Assembly: GCA_038882975.1 (NCBI GenBank)
Contig: JAVZNE010000005.1
Span: 1 to 64,000 of the forward strand
DNA: 64,000 nucleotides
Direction of reading: 5' to 3'
DNA from: Candidatus Bathyarchaeia archaeon
GTDB lineage: Archaea; Thermoproteota; Bathyarchaeia; Bathyarchaeales; Bathycorpusculaceae
Within the stretch, counting starts at the first letter, position 1. Each line of letters opens with the position of its first letter. A program made the position numbers and the translations under genes. Positions 38,483 through 48,343 of this stretch are shown in pieces. A model generated the notes under the pieces. It was not told the origin of the DNA. It ran no database searches and was given only the letters and a program-made list of their open reading frames with translations.

Positions 38483-39916
38483 CTACGTTACTATTTCGTG
38501 GAGTTGTTTTGTTTTCCACGCTCGCCTAATTTCTAGGGCTATGCGGTCTCCTGTGCTCATTGGCTTCTTGTACTTGGCATTAGCGTATTGGGAGCCTAAG
38601 CCCATGTGAACGTTTGTTCCTCCGCCGTGGCGTAGGGCTACGTCCTGTGTTACTGGTATGTGCATGTATGGGTCTTGGGCTTCTGGAGCATCGTATAAGC
38701 CGTAGTCTGCGGCTGTTTTGGCTTCTATGCCGCTTGTGTAGTCCAGCTTAACCATTGGTTTAAGCTCGTATTTTGATATGCGGTCCCATGTGATGAGCGT
38801 TTGAAGGCACCATGCGCCAATTATGCCTGGCGGTTCGTGTTCTCTGCACGCCAACAAGAAGCGGTCTGCATAGCGTTGCACGTCTTTTAGGAGGGATTCT
38901 CTTAGGCTTAGCATGGCGTGGGCTGTAACCTCGAAGGATGGAACACGCTTAAGCTTCTGCTGAACCTCTAACGGAAGCCTCTTCAAGCCGTCTAGAATTG
39001 TTTCTCTCCGTTCGTCTATGGATAGGAACTGGTTGGCTAGGCATATTCTCGCCTCTTCAATGGTTACGTTGTAGAGTTTGGAGAACCAGTCATCCACGTC
39101 GCCCCATTCGCTTTTAGCGTCTAGTGGCGAGAAGAAGAAGTTGAAGTTGGCATGGGGTCCAAGAACAATCTGCTCAACGCGTGCATTGCGCAAAGACTCC
39201 TCGTCTAGGTTTCCAGCCTTAACCTCCTTTTCAACTTTCTCCTCCAAATCTTTTGAGTCCGCGGCGAATATGAATTCTCTTTCGAATTTTCTGTGGGCGT
39301 GTTCAGCCTTCAAAAGCATGGGCTCGTCGATAAACTCTTTAAACCGTATCCCGCCCTTTCGAACCTCAAACTTGTAGGATTTCGGATATGGGATGCCCGC
39401 CTGCTCTGCAAACCAGTAGTAGTCCTTCTCAATTTCGCCACGGTTCTCAATTTTTAGAAGAGTTCTTGAGCCAATTATTGGGACTGCAAACTGGTTTTCG
39501 ATTACGCTGCAGTGTTCGTCGCCGCCAACATAAACCGAAAAAGCCCTATTCGGAATCTGCAAACATTCCAAATCAACAAGTTCATCAACATACTTAACAA
39601 TATCAGAGTAGCGGTCAAGAATGACTATTACGCTTTTCCAGTCGCCATTTTTCTTAATGTCCTTCGGATCGTTTACAACGCGGATGTCCCGCCTCACAAG
39701 GCTTGGCAAGTCCTCAATCGGCTCGTCTGGTTTCCCAACCATGGGGTTTTGGATGTATATGCGTGCCCTTCCAGGCGTTGTATATATTATGCTTCTTAAG
39801 CCGTAGTTGCGTTGTCCCTGCCATGCGTCTAAAGCCGAGTGGGAACCCAAATTAAGCCCTATGGGCTCTTTGTATTTTTTGGCTATTTCCTGCATTTCCT
39901 CTCTGCGTATAACCAT
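38483..39916 (-). CDS. purP: PurP-family ATP-grasp enzyme (DUF1246/DUF1297)
   Basis: LGSHSALD, IPNRAF..YVG, SLRESLL, PPGIIG..CLQ, R.GGGTN, MSTG.RIA.EI; start placed at ATG 39916. Confidence 0.8.
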   Translation of the reverse strand: MVIRREEMQEIAKKYKEPIGLNLGSHSALDAWQGQRNYGLRSIIYTTPGRARIYIQNPMVGKPDEPIEDLPSLVRRDIRVVNDPKDIKKNGDWKSVIVILDRYSDIVKYVDELVDLECLQIPNRAFSVYVGGDEHCSVIENQFAVPIIGSRTLLKIENRGEIEKDYYWFAEQAGIPYPKSYKFEVRKGGIRFKEFIDEPMLLKAEHAHRKFEREFIFAADSKDLEEKVEKEVKAGNLDEESLRNARVEQIVLGPHANFNFFFSPLDAKSEWGDVDDWFSKLYNVTIEEARICLANQFLSIDERRETILDGLKRLPLEVQQKLKRVPSFEVTAHAMLSLRESLLKDVQRYADRFLLACREHEPPGIIGAWCLQTLITWDRISKYELKPMVKLDYTSGIEAKTAADYGLYDAPEAQDPYMHIPVTQDVALRHGGGTNVHMGLGSQYANAKYKKPMSTGDRIALEIRRAWKTKQLHEIVT

Positions 39917-40082
39917 CGGAACACCGTGGCTAAATTCCAGAAAGCCAGTTTTAAACCTTTTCAACAAGACCGTTAAAACTGTTCATGCGCTCTTTTCTTC
40001 TAGAAGATTCTTCCATACATGGTTATAAAATGGTTAAGCCTCTCTTCTCAATTGAGGGAAGGGGGAGAAGGGAGAAAATCCT

Positions 40083-40280
40083 TTGGCTGAGGCTTATGGC
40101 TGGCTTTTCGTTGACTTTGTTCCGCTTCTTTATGAGAAGAGGCGGGTTGCCAGACAACTTCAAGTGGAGACTTGGCTGGATTTAACCCAGCTTCTGAACG
40201 AGTTAAAACTTGAACTGGTTGATAATGGAAAAATCGGACAAAATGCAAACGTAAAAGCTAAAATTGATTATGTTGCCTAG
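40083..40280 (+). CDS. Small hypothetical protein
   Basis: 65-aa ORF filling an intergenic gap, TTG start after purine-rich tract. Confidence 0.45.
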   Translation: MAEAYGWLFVDFVPLLYEKRRVARQLQVETWLDLTQLLNELKLELVDNGKIGQNANVKAKIDYVA

Positions 40281-41044
40281 AGACCGCAAACCGACAAAAG
40301 CGCTTCAAAGTTTTGACGGTTTCCATCAGCCTTATAACGCCTTAAAGCCTCAATAACCGCTTCTCTATCTTTTTCACCAAGTTTTCGGCTTATTTTCTCC
40401 GCAACAACGCCACTTATGAAGAGGAACTGCGCAATCGAAGTAACATTTGATGGTTTGCGGTTTGTGCTGGCGGTTTCAAAGTCTACTATGACTGGGTTGT
40501 CTTGGCTGTCCACAATTATATGCTTCGGGGCGTGGCTCAACTCGCCATGGTCCAATCCTGCCTTGTCAAGACGCCAACACTGCTCCAAAACTTTCCTCAA
40601 AACACTTTTTATGCGCGTCTTGCTTGGGCGCTTTTCCAACCATTCTGGAAGCAATAAGCCCTCCACAAACTGCATTAACAAAAAGTTTTTGCTCACACCT
40701 AAAAGCCTTGGTCCAACATTGACAGAGTTTGCCATTCCAATCATTTCAGCCTCATGCAACATTGTAACGCGATCCGCATCCACCCTCCGAATTTTTAGGG
40801 CTACTACCTCACAGCCTTTATAGGCTTTCACAACTATGCCAACACATCCTTTACCCAAAACTTTCAAGTTTGAAACTTGTTTCTCTCCGCAAAATTCCAG
40901 CGCCGTCACTCCCAATTTCCCAAGCTCTTCGATGCGTTTTTTAAGCTCGCTTTTGCCTGGTTTCAGGTAGCATAGCACCAAGGCGAATGGTTCCTCATAA
41001 AGACGCGCAAGAGAGACCTTCAGGCTTTCGGCTTCCATTTTCAC
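40277..41044 (-). CDS. RIO/Bud32-like serine/threonine protein kinase
   Basis: LGKGCVGIV, VALKIRR, HGELS...HII, IVDFE. Confidence 0.88.
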   Translation of the reverse strand: MKMEAESLKVSLARLYEEPFALVLCYLKPGKSELKKRIEELGKLGVTALEFCGEKQVSNLKVLGKGCVGIVVKAYKGCEVVALKIRRVDADRVTMLHEAEMIGMANSVNVGPRLLGVSKNFLLMQFVEGLLLPEWLEKRPSKTRIKSVLRKVLEQCWRLDKAGLDHGELSHAPKHIIVDSQDNPVIVDFETASTNRKPSNVTSIAQFLFISGVVAEKISRKLGEKDREAVIEALRRYKADGNRQNFEALLSVCGL

Positions 41045-41115
41045 CCTTAAAATGCTAAGTTTAGTGCTTAAAAGACTATGCCGAAAAGTTAGAAAAGAGA
41101 AGAAGAAAAGCAGCG

Positions 41116-43335
41116 TTACTCTTCTTCGCAGAATTCTTCTGGTCTTGGCGGTGTTGGTGGCAAGCCTTTGCGTTCGCGTATCTGTCTTATCACTTCTGCT
41201 TGCATGGATTCAGGCACTGGTGCCCATCGGCTGAACTGGGTTGCCCAGAAGGCTCTTCCCTGCGTTGAAGAGCGGAGCTCATCGGCTATTCCAAAGGATT
41301 CAGCCACTGGCAATTCAGCCTTAACAATGACCATGTCTTCTTCGTTAACCATGTCTAGGATTTTGCCCCGACGCTTCTGCAGTAGCGTTATGACCGGGCT
41401 TACAAAGTCATCGGGGACCTTGCATTCGAAGCTTAGGATGGGCTCTAGAAGTTTTGGTTCGCTAAGAAGGAAGGAGCCCCAAATTGGTCGCCATGTCATG
41501 GGCAGAATCTGGGCTGGTCCTCGGTGAACCGGGTCTTCGTGGATAAGGATATCTTCAAGGTTTACTTTAAGCCCGTACATGGGTTCCTTCGCCAAGACAC
41601 CAGTGGCAACAGCATCCCTAAAGCCAGACCTAACATGGTCCAAGACTTCTTCCACATACTGCCTGCCCTTAATCCTGTTGACCAATATGTTTGTGCCTTC
41701 AATGGCGATTACATTACGCGCATCTTCAGTGGACCAACCGAATTCCTTCATTAGGATTTTCTGGCGTTCGTCGCGGGTTTGCATCTCGTTAATCTTGCCC
41801 GCCTTAATAGCCTCTATAACTTCTGGCTGAAGCCTTTCAACGGTTACCCAAAGCCTGTTATGCTTGTTGGGGCTCTTGCCCATAACCGGTGGACCTTTAT
41901 AATCGTGGCTTATGGTTTCGCGGTAAATCACAATGGGCTTGCTCATCCTAACCTTTAGGCCGGCTTCCTGCATGCGGTAGGCTGTAACCTCCAAGTGGAG
42001 TTCGCCCATGCCGCTGAGCAAGTACTGTCCGCTTTCCTTGTCTATCTTAAAGTGCAAGTTTGGATCTTCAAGAGTTAGCTTATGAATAACCTTATCGAAT
42101 AATGGAAGGTCTTTAACGTCTTCCGGCTCAACAGCCACCGTGACGACAGGGTCTGAAACATACTTTAGGGCTTCGAAGGGTGCTGTTTCAACGCCCTCTT
42201 CAGCTATTGTTTCGCCCACGTGGATGGATGGCAAACCAGAAAGAGCCGCAATGTTTCCAGCTGGAATCCTTTCGACTATGACTCTGTCTGTTGCCATGCT
42301 CATGTAAACCTGCTGTATGCTTCCCTTCTGGCGGCTTGTCACGAGGCGGACGGTTTTACCCTTCTCAACAGTGCCGCTGAAAACCCTACCGATGGCGACA
42401 ACACCACTGTGGGGGTCAACCTCAATGAAGGTTATACACATCAAAAGCGGCCCGTTCGGGTCAACCTTAGCCATGGCCTTGCCAACAGGGCTGTTTGGGT
42501 CGCCGGGCCAGATTTGGCTCTGCCTGTAGGGCTGCGCCTCGATGGGGCTTGGGAGGTGCTCGCAGAACATGTCCAAAACTGGCTCGTAGACGGGTATGCG
42601 TTTGCTTAGGGCTTCCACCTTCCGTCCAATTTCCTCAGGCTCGCCAGTATAAGCGTCAATAATGTCCTTGAAGGTTATGCCCTTAGCCTTCATGTGAGGT
42701 AGGTTTAAACCCCACTTGTGAAGTGCTGAGCCAAAGGCAACACGTCCATCTTCGACTTTAACCTGCCAATCCTTCTTATGCTCTGGAGGCGCGTACTTTT
42801 CAATGATGGTGTTTATCCTCGTTATTATTCTTGCAAATTTCTTCTGTATCTCTTCTGGGGTTAGCTTCAGCTCCCGGATTAGGCGGTCAACCTTGTTTAT
42901 GAATAGTATGGGTTTCACACGTTCGCGGAGGGCTTGCATCAAAACAGTTTCCGTCTGAGTCATGGGTCCCTCAACAGCATCCACAACTACTAAAGCGCCG
43001 TCAACAGCCCTTAGGCTTCTTGTGACGTTTCCGCTGAAGTCTATGTGTCCAGGCGTATCTATGAGGTTTATGAGGTAGTCAACGCCCTTAAAAGTGTGGA
43101 CTAGGCTTATGTTGGAGGCGAAAACCGTCATCTGCCTCTTCTGTTCGAGTTCCCAAGAGTCTAGGAAAAGCTTCTGCCCAGCCACTTGCTCGCTGATTAT
43201 GCCAGCAGCCGCCAAAAGGCTGTCTGAAAGTGTTGTCTTACCATGGTCAACATGTGCAATTATGCTTGTGTTCCTTATCCTCTCAGTTTGAGTCATTAGT
43301 TTAACTATTTCCTCTATCTGCCTATAACGACCCAT
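41116..43335 (-). CDS. Elongation factor EF-2 paralog (divergent switch I)
   Basis: AHVDHGKTT, DTPGH, NKVD, HEDPVHRGPAQI; switch I reads RQMTV rather than RGITI. Confidence 0.95.
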   Translation of the reverse strand: MGRYRQIEEIVKLMTQTERIRNTSIIAHVDHGKTTLSDSLLAAAGIISEQVAGQKLFLDSWELEQKRQMTVFASNISLVHTFKGVDYLINLIDTPGHIDFSGNVTRSLRAVDGALVVVDAVEGPMTQTETVLMQALRERVKPILFINKVDRLIRELKLTPEEIQKKFARIITRINTIIEKYAPPEHKKDWQVKVEDGRVAFGSALHKWGLNLPHMKAKGITFKDIIDAYTGEPEEIGRKVEALSKRIPVYEPVLDMFCEHLPSPIEAQPYRQSQIWPGDPNSPVGKAMAKVDPNGPLLMCITFIEVDPHSGVVAIGRVFSGTVEKGKTVRLVTSRQKGSIQQVYMSMATDRVIVERIPAGNIAALSGLPSIHVGETIAEEGVETAPFEALKYVSDPVVTVAVEPEDVKDLPLFDKVIHKLTLEDPNLHFKIDKESGQYLLSGMGELHLEVTAYRMQEAGLKVRMSKPIVIYRETISHDYKGPPVMGKSPNKHNRLWVTVERLQPEVIEAIKAGKINEMQTRDERQKILMKEFGWSTEDARNVIAIEGTNILVNRIKGRQYVEEVLDHVRSGFRDAVATGVLAKEPMYGLKVNLEDILIHEDPVHRGPAQILPMTWRPIWGSFLLSEPKLLEPILSFECKVPDDFVSPVITLLQKRRGKILDMVNEEDMVIVKAELPVAESFGIADELRSSTQGRAFWATQFSRWAPVPESMQAEVIRQIRERKGLPPTPPRPEEFCEEE

Positions 43336-43556
43336 AGTAGAACATACCCCACGCTAACCAAAAGCTTGAAAACTGGATGTTGTTTGCATAGTTTTCAGCA
43401 AACATTACTGTCCACTGCCAGAGTTAGGCTACATGCAAATGAAAACTGAACCATATTAACTTTTTGCACGAAATCCACAAGACTTTTAAGACCACATGAA
43501 ACCCTTGTTTCTTGAAATTTGTAAGTTATCTTAAAGCTGACATCGGGGATTCTGTC

Positions 43557-45767
43557 TTGCCAAGGTTTAGGCAAACCAGCGAAATTCTGAAGCTAATGCA
43601 TAGGAAGGAGGATATCCGCAACATTGGCATAATAGCCCACATAGACCATGGGAAAACGACTATGACGGATTCTCTTTTGGCTGAAGCTGGCTTACTTTCG
43701 CCCAGAATAGCCGGAGAAGCACGAGCTTTGGACTATTTGGAGGAGGAGCAGAAGCGTGGAATAACGATTAAAACTGCCAATATTTCGCTTTTGCACGAGA
43801 TTGGCGGACGCCCATACGTCATAAACTTGGTTGATACGCCGGGACACGTGGACTTTACTGGTAAGGTTACAAGGGCTTTGAGGGCTATTGACGGCGCAGT
43901 GGTGGTTGTAGACGCTGTTGAGGAGGTTATGGTTCAAACAGAAACCGTAACCCGCCAAGCCTTAGAAGAGAGGGTGCGCCCCGTCTTATTCATCAATAAG
44001 GTTGACCGCCTAATAAAGGAGTTGAGACTTACTCCAAGCGAGATTCAAGACAAGTTTATGCGGATTATACGAGACTTCAACAATTTAATAGAGCTTTATG
44101 GGGAGCCGGAATTCAAGGAAAAGTGGAAGGTTGATCCTCAAAAAGAGACTGTGGCTTTTGGTTCTGCGCTGCACCGTTGGGGCTTCACCCTAAAAATCGC
44201 CCAAGAGAAGGGAGTCAAATTCAGCGACATAATGGAGGCTTACATTCGGGGCGAGCATCAAAAACTTGCCCAGTTGATTCCGCTTCACAATGCCATTCTA
44301 GACATGGTGGTGAAAAACATTCCAAACCCCATAGAAGCCCAAAAGTATAGGTTGCCAAGGATATGGAAAGGCGACTTGACATCTGAAATTGGGCAAGCCA
44401 TGCTGAACTGCGACGACAACGGACCAACCGTGATGTGCATAACAATGGCGCAAATGGACCCCCACGCGGGATTAGTGGCAACTGGAAGGCTTTTCTCCGG
44501 CTCTGTTAAGGAGGGCGACCAAGTTTACCTTGTGGGCGCGTGCAAAGACTACCGCGTCCAGCAGGTTTCCATGTACATGGGCGCCTTCAGAGAAGTTGTT
44601 GACAAAATAACGGCTGGAAACATCGCGGCGCTTTTGGGCTTGGATTTGGCCAGGGCCGGGGAAACCCTTGTGGATTTAGCCCACAAAGACATAATGGTTC
44701 CCTTTGAACGCATAAGGTATGTTTCAGAACCAGTCATAACAATCGCCATTGAACCAAAACACCCTAAGGATTTGCCGCGCCTAGTGGATGCTATGAACAG
44801 ACTCTCCATTGAAGATCCAAACCTTGTAACCATTATAAACAGGGAGACGGGCGAATACTTGCTCAGTGGAATGGGCGAGCTCCACCTTGAAATTGCCGTG
44901 AAATTCCTCAAGGATTACGGCGGCGGGCTGGAAATCATAACCTCAACGCCAATAGTGGTTTACCGGGAGAGCGTCGCCGGCAAAGGCGTAGTAGCCATGG
45001 CTAAAAGCCCCAACAAGCACAACAGGTTCTGGGTCCAAGTCGAACCGTTGGAGGAGAAGGTTATAAACCTAATAGAGGCTGGCGGAATAGCCGAAGAAAT
45101 GGGGAGAAAACAGATTGGCAACATACTCTTCAAGGAAGCTGGATGGCCGGCTGAGGAGGCGCGGAACATCTGGGCTATAGATGAGCACCGCAACATACTT
45201 GTAGACGCGACGAAAGGCGTCCAGTACCTGCGAGAAGCGAGAGAAATGATTATTGCCGGTTTCAGATGGGCTTGTAGGGCTGGACCACTATGCGAGGAGC
45301 CAATCCGCGGAGTGAAAGTCAAGCTTATAGACGCCCAGCTCCACGAAGACCCGGTTCACCGAGGACCAGCCCAGATTATGCCAGCGATTCGCCGTGCAAT
45401 TTTAGGCTCTTTCCTAACGGCTAAACCAGTGCTTCTTGAACCCGTTTATAAAATTGGGGTTTCTGTTCCAGCCCAGTGGGTTGGAGATTGCATAAGCATA
45501 ATAACACGGAAAAGGGGGAGGATATTGGCTTCAGAGCATAAGGGCATCCTAACAATAATTGCCGGCTATATTCCAGTGGCTGAAACCTTCGGATTGTCGG
45601 CTGAGATGCGTTCAGCCACTTCTGGACATGCCTTCTGGCAGTGCACCTTCGACCACTGGGAAACAGTCCCAGAAAACATAGCCTCGGAAGTTGTTAGGCG
45701 AATACGCGAAAGAAAAGGGCTGCCGCCGGAAAAGCCGACGCCAGACATGTTTATAGATGAAGAGTAG
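43557..45767 (+). CDS. fusA: Elongation factor EF-2
   Basis: TACK-type N-terminus MPRFRQ (TTG 43557), AHIDHGKTT, RGITI, DTPGH, HEDPVHRGPAQI. Confidence 0.95.
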   Translation: MPRFRQTSEILKLMHRKEDIRNIGIIAHIDHGKTTMTDSLLAEAGLLSPRIAGEARALDYLEEEQKRGITIKTANISLLHEIGGRPYVINLVDTPGHVDFTGKVTRALRAIDGAVVVVDAVEEVMVQTETVTRQALEERVRPVLFINKVDRLIKELRLTPSEIQDKFMRIIRDFNNLIELYGEPEFKEKWKVDPQKETVAFGSALHRWGFTLKIAQEKGVKFSDIMEAYIRGEHQKLAQLIPLHNAILDMVVKNIPNPIEAQKYRLPRIWKGDLTSEIGQAMLNCDDNGPTVMCITMAQMDPHAGLVATGRLFSGSVKEGDQVYLVGACKDYRVQQVSMYMGAFREVVDKITAGNIAALLGLDLARAGETLVDLAHKDIMVPFERIRYVSEPVITIAIEPKHPKDLPRLVDAMNRLSIEDPNLVTIINRETGEYLLSGMGELHLEIAVKFLKDYGGGLEIITSTPIVVYRESVAGKGVVAMAKSPNKHNRFWVQVEPLEEKVINLIEAGGIAEEMGRKQIGNILFKEAGWPAEEARNIWAIDEHRNILVDATKGVQYLREAREMIIAGFRWACRAGPLCEEPIRGVKVKLIDAQLHEDPVHRGPAQIMPAIRRAILGSFLTAKPVLLEPVYKIGVSVPAQWVGDCISIITRKRGRILASEHKGILTIIAGYIPVAETFGLSAEMRSATSGHAFWQCTFDHWETVPENIASEVVRRIRERKGLPPEKPTPDMFIDEE

Positions 45768-45779
45768 CGCATATGTGAA

Positions 45780-46676
45780 GTGAAGTTTATGAGAATTGTA
45801 TTGGAGCCTTCTCAGCCTTTCAACTTGGATTTAACATTGTGTTGTGGTCAAGCTTTTAGATGGGAAAAATTTGGCGAATGGTGGTATGGCATAATTGGGG
45901 ACACACCTCTAAAGATTAGGCAGGTTGGCAACACACTTGAATTCGAGAACACCAGCCCCGACCTCGTGAAAAATTATTTTGGGCTAGGCGACGACTTACC
46001 AACAATTCTATCCCAAATCACAAAAGACAACCATATCGGAGAAGCCGTGAAAACCATTAAAGGCTTAAGGATTCTGCGCCAAGACCCTTGGGAGTGCCTC
46101 ATCTCCTACATATGCGCCACCTACAAGAACATACCAGCCATAAAAAGAATGCTCCACAAACTTTCTAAACGCTTTGGAGAAAAAACAGTACTAGATGGTT
46201 TTGCCTTGTACGCTTTCCCAACAGCAAATAAGCTGGTTAAGGCGAGTTTCCAGCAGTTGGCCGATTGTGGTTTGGGTTACAGAGCCAAATACGTTTACGA
46301 AGCCGCCAAAAAAGTTGCCAGCGGCGAGTTTGAAATTGAAAGTTTGAAAAGGGAAAGCTATGAAAAAGCGAGGGAAAAGCTGCTGACTTTGAAAGGTGTA
46401 GGCTTAAAAGTGGCGGATTGCGTGGCGCTTTTCGCCTTAGAAAAACTTGAGGCTTTCCCCGTGGATGTCTGGATGAAACGTGTGATAATAAGGCATTATG
46501 CAGACCACTTTGAAAATGAGTTTATTGAGAAAATTTCGCTTAAAAAATCGTTGGTAAGGGCGGATTATGAAAGGCTTAGCCTTTTTGGGCGGAGATATTT
46601 CGGCGCTTACGCTGGCTATGCTCAAGAATACCTATTCCACTTTGAAAGAACAACGTCGGGACGGAGCACAACCTAG
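45780..46676 (+). CDS. ogg1: 8-oxoguanine DNA glycosylase/AP lyase (OGG1-type)
   Basis: TL.CGQAFRW, QDPWECLISYIC, GLGYRAKY, GVG.KVADC, FPVDVW, AGYAQEYLF. Confidence 0.92.
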   Translation: MKFMRIVLEPSQPFNLDLTLCCGQAFRWEKFGEWWYGIIGDTPLKIRQVGNTLEFENTSPDLVKNYFGLGDDLPTILSQITKDNHIGEAVKTIKGLRILRQDPWECLISYICATYKNIPAIKRMLHKLSKRFGEKTVLDGFALYAFPTANKLVKASFQQLADCGLGYRAKYVYEAAKKVASGEFEIESLKRESYEKAREKLLTLKGVGLKVADCVALFALEKLEAFPVDVWMKRVIIRHYADHFENEFIEKISLKKSLVRADYERLSLFGRRYFGAYAGYAQEYLFHFERTTSGRSTT

Positions 46677-47048
46677 CTAGATTAGGTTTTTCTCTTTGAG
46701 GGTCTGCGCCGCCCAGTTTCCATGGGTCACAGCCATAGATATGGCTTCTGAAATGAACCGCTGAACAATAGTATAGTTGTGCTGCCTCACCTGTTCGGCA
46801 GCCTTTTGAAGTTTTGAGGCTATATCCCTAAAACCCTCAACTTGCGAAGCGTTAGCCGCAATGTTGACCTCAACTATTAGGGCGTTGAGATATGCCACCA
46901 ACAATTTTTCAGCGCCGGCGGTTTCCGCTTCATCCTCTATTCCGCTTAAAAGCTCTAGTAGGCTTGAAGCCATTATAAGGCTTGTTTTAATCTTCTCCGC
47001 ATAGTTGAAAACTGTTATAGCCTTTTTAGCATCCTCCAAAGTTTTCAT
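46677..47048 (-). CDS. Hypothetical helical protein
   Basis: Likely ATG at 47048 (MKTLEDAKKA) overlapping the stop of the thioredoxin gene. Confidence 0.75.
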   Translation of the reverse strand: MKTLEDAKKAITVFNYAEKIKTSLIMASSLLELLSGIEDEAETAGAEKLLVAYLNALIVEVNIAANASQVEGFRDIASKLQKAAEQVRQHNYTIVQRFISEAISMAVTHGNWAAQTLKEKNLI

Positions 47049-47359
47049 CTCTTTGTTTCTGAAGAGGCTCTGGCACGCCACTTCTCCAGTCTTTTACGGA
47101 CTTCATCCTCAAGTCTCTCCTTGGAGATGAGGCGTCCAACCACTATGACTTCGTCGCCCAAAACTATGCTTGGAGTGCTCATGATTTGGTAGGCAAGACC
47201 TTCAGCCAAGCCTTCTTGGGTGTTCATATCCACTTCACGATACGGCAAGCCAAGCTTTTGGGCAACTTCAATTGCTATTTGCCTTGCCGCTGGACAACTT
47301 GAACATGTTGGCATCGTGAAAACTTTAAGCTCCGGAGCCTTAACATCAAAGCCTTCCAT
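47045..47359 (-). CDS. Thioredoxin/glutaredoxin family protein
   Basis: FT.PTCSSCP, IMSTP cis-Pro motif. Confidence 0.88.
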   Translation of the reverse strand: MEGFDVKAPELKVFTMPTCSSCPAARQIAIEVAQKLGLPYREVDMNTQEGLAEGLAYQIMSTPSIVLGDEVIVVGRLISKERLEDEVRKRLEKWRARASSETKR

Positions 47360-47505
47360 AATTCCAAATTAGCGGTGCAGCATCCTTAAAATTGTTTTGA
47401 CACTCTTACCATAAACACATTAAAAGGATCCCCGCCTAAGGCATAATTTTAACCGTAAAACTTTCATAATGGCAAAACAAATTCTATTTTCAACCGAAAA
47501 GCAGG

Positions 47506-47580
47506 GGGCCCGTAGCTCAGCTAGGTTAGAGCGACAGGCTCATAACCTGTTGGTCGCCGGTTCAAATCCGGCCGGGCCCA
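47506..47580 (+). tRNA. tRNA with CAT anticodon, most likely tRNA-Ile2
   Basis: Acceptor GGGCCCG/CGGGCCC-A, D arm TAGCTCAG..GG..AGAGC, anticodon arm ACAGG-CTCATAA-CCTGT, T arm GCCGG-TTCAAAT-CCGGC; Ile-type acceptor stem, not initiator AGCGGG; CCA not encoded. Confidence 0.93.
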
Positions 47581-47596
47581 CCTTTCACCCAAAAAT

Positions 47597-48076
47597 TCAA
47601 GCCTTCAGTTTTTTGACCAGTGTGGCTGTTCTTTTTCCAAGTTCGCGGCAATATTCAAGTTCTTCTTTGTCTGGTTTTTCCACTGCTGCCGCACCGTAGT
47701 GCTTGTCGTCTGCTCTTCCTTGAACAATCATGCCATGAATTAGCATGGAGTTTAGTATGGACAACAAGGTTGTTTCGGCGCCTGTGGCTGTCCCACCAGA
47801 ACTTGTGAAGGCTGCGCCCACTTTTCCTTCCAGTTTTCCATGGATTTTCACGGACTCGTCTATTAACGCTTTAAGCCTAGCGGACATCTGCCCATAATAT
47901 GTTGGCGAGCCCATTATAATTCCGTCTGCAGCCAGCAAATCCTCAAGGCTTGTTTTGTCAACCTTCTTAACGGCTACCTCGACGCCTTCCACTTGTCTTG
48001 CGCCTTCAGCAACGGCAAAAGCCATCTTCTCGGTATTCCCAGTCTTAGAATCATAAACTATAAGGATTTTCGCTAT
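47597..48076 (-). CDS. Flavodoxin / WrbA-like NAD(P)H:quinone oxidoreductase
   Basis: KILIVYDSKTGNT, GSPTYYG, GKVGAAFTS; probable ATA start at 48076 (track start ATG 48100). Confidence 0.88.
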   Translation of the reverse strand: MAKILIVYDSKTGNTEKMAFAVAEGARQVEGVEVAVKKVDKTSLEDLLAADGIIMGSPTYYGQMSARLKALIDESVKIHGKLEGKVGAAFTSSGGTATGAETTLLSILNSMLIHGMIVQGRADDKHYGAAAVEKPDKEELEYCRELGKRTATLVKKLKA

Positions 48077-48213
48077 GCACACGCACCAGCAAAATTTCAT
48101 TTAAAGACGCTTTTAGCTTTAACCTTTGCCCTTTCCAATAGACTTTGAATGGCTAATGCAGCAAATAGAAGATTCTTCCATAAGCTATAAGAATCCAGAA
48201 AGTGCTAAATTTC

Positions 48214-48287
48214 TGGGGAGAATGGTGGAGCCTTTTTAGAGGGGAGAAAGGAGAGAAGGGAGAAAATCAGAACCACCATTCTCCCCA
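48214..48287. repeat. Perfect 15-bp inverted repeat with GA/CU-rich loop
   Basis: tggggagaatggtgg (48214-48228) / ccaccattctcccca (48273-48287). Confidence 0.75.
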
Positions 48288-48343
48288 TCATCCTTCCATG
48301 CGTATCTCTAATGTTGCTTTTAAACTTTTCCTTCCATTTCGGA

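Noticed and set aside
47506-47580. Initiator or elongator tRNA-Met call
   Set aside because: Lacks the A1:U72 pair and GGG/CCC anticodon stem of the initiator; acceptor stem is Ile-like
47469-47699. 76-aa ORF
   Set aside because: Spans the tRNA gene
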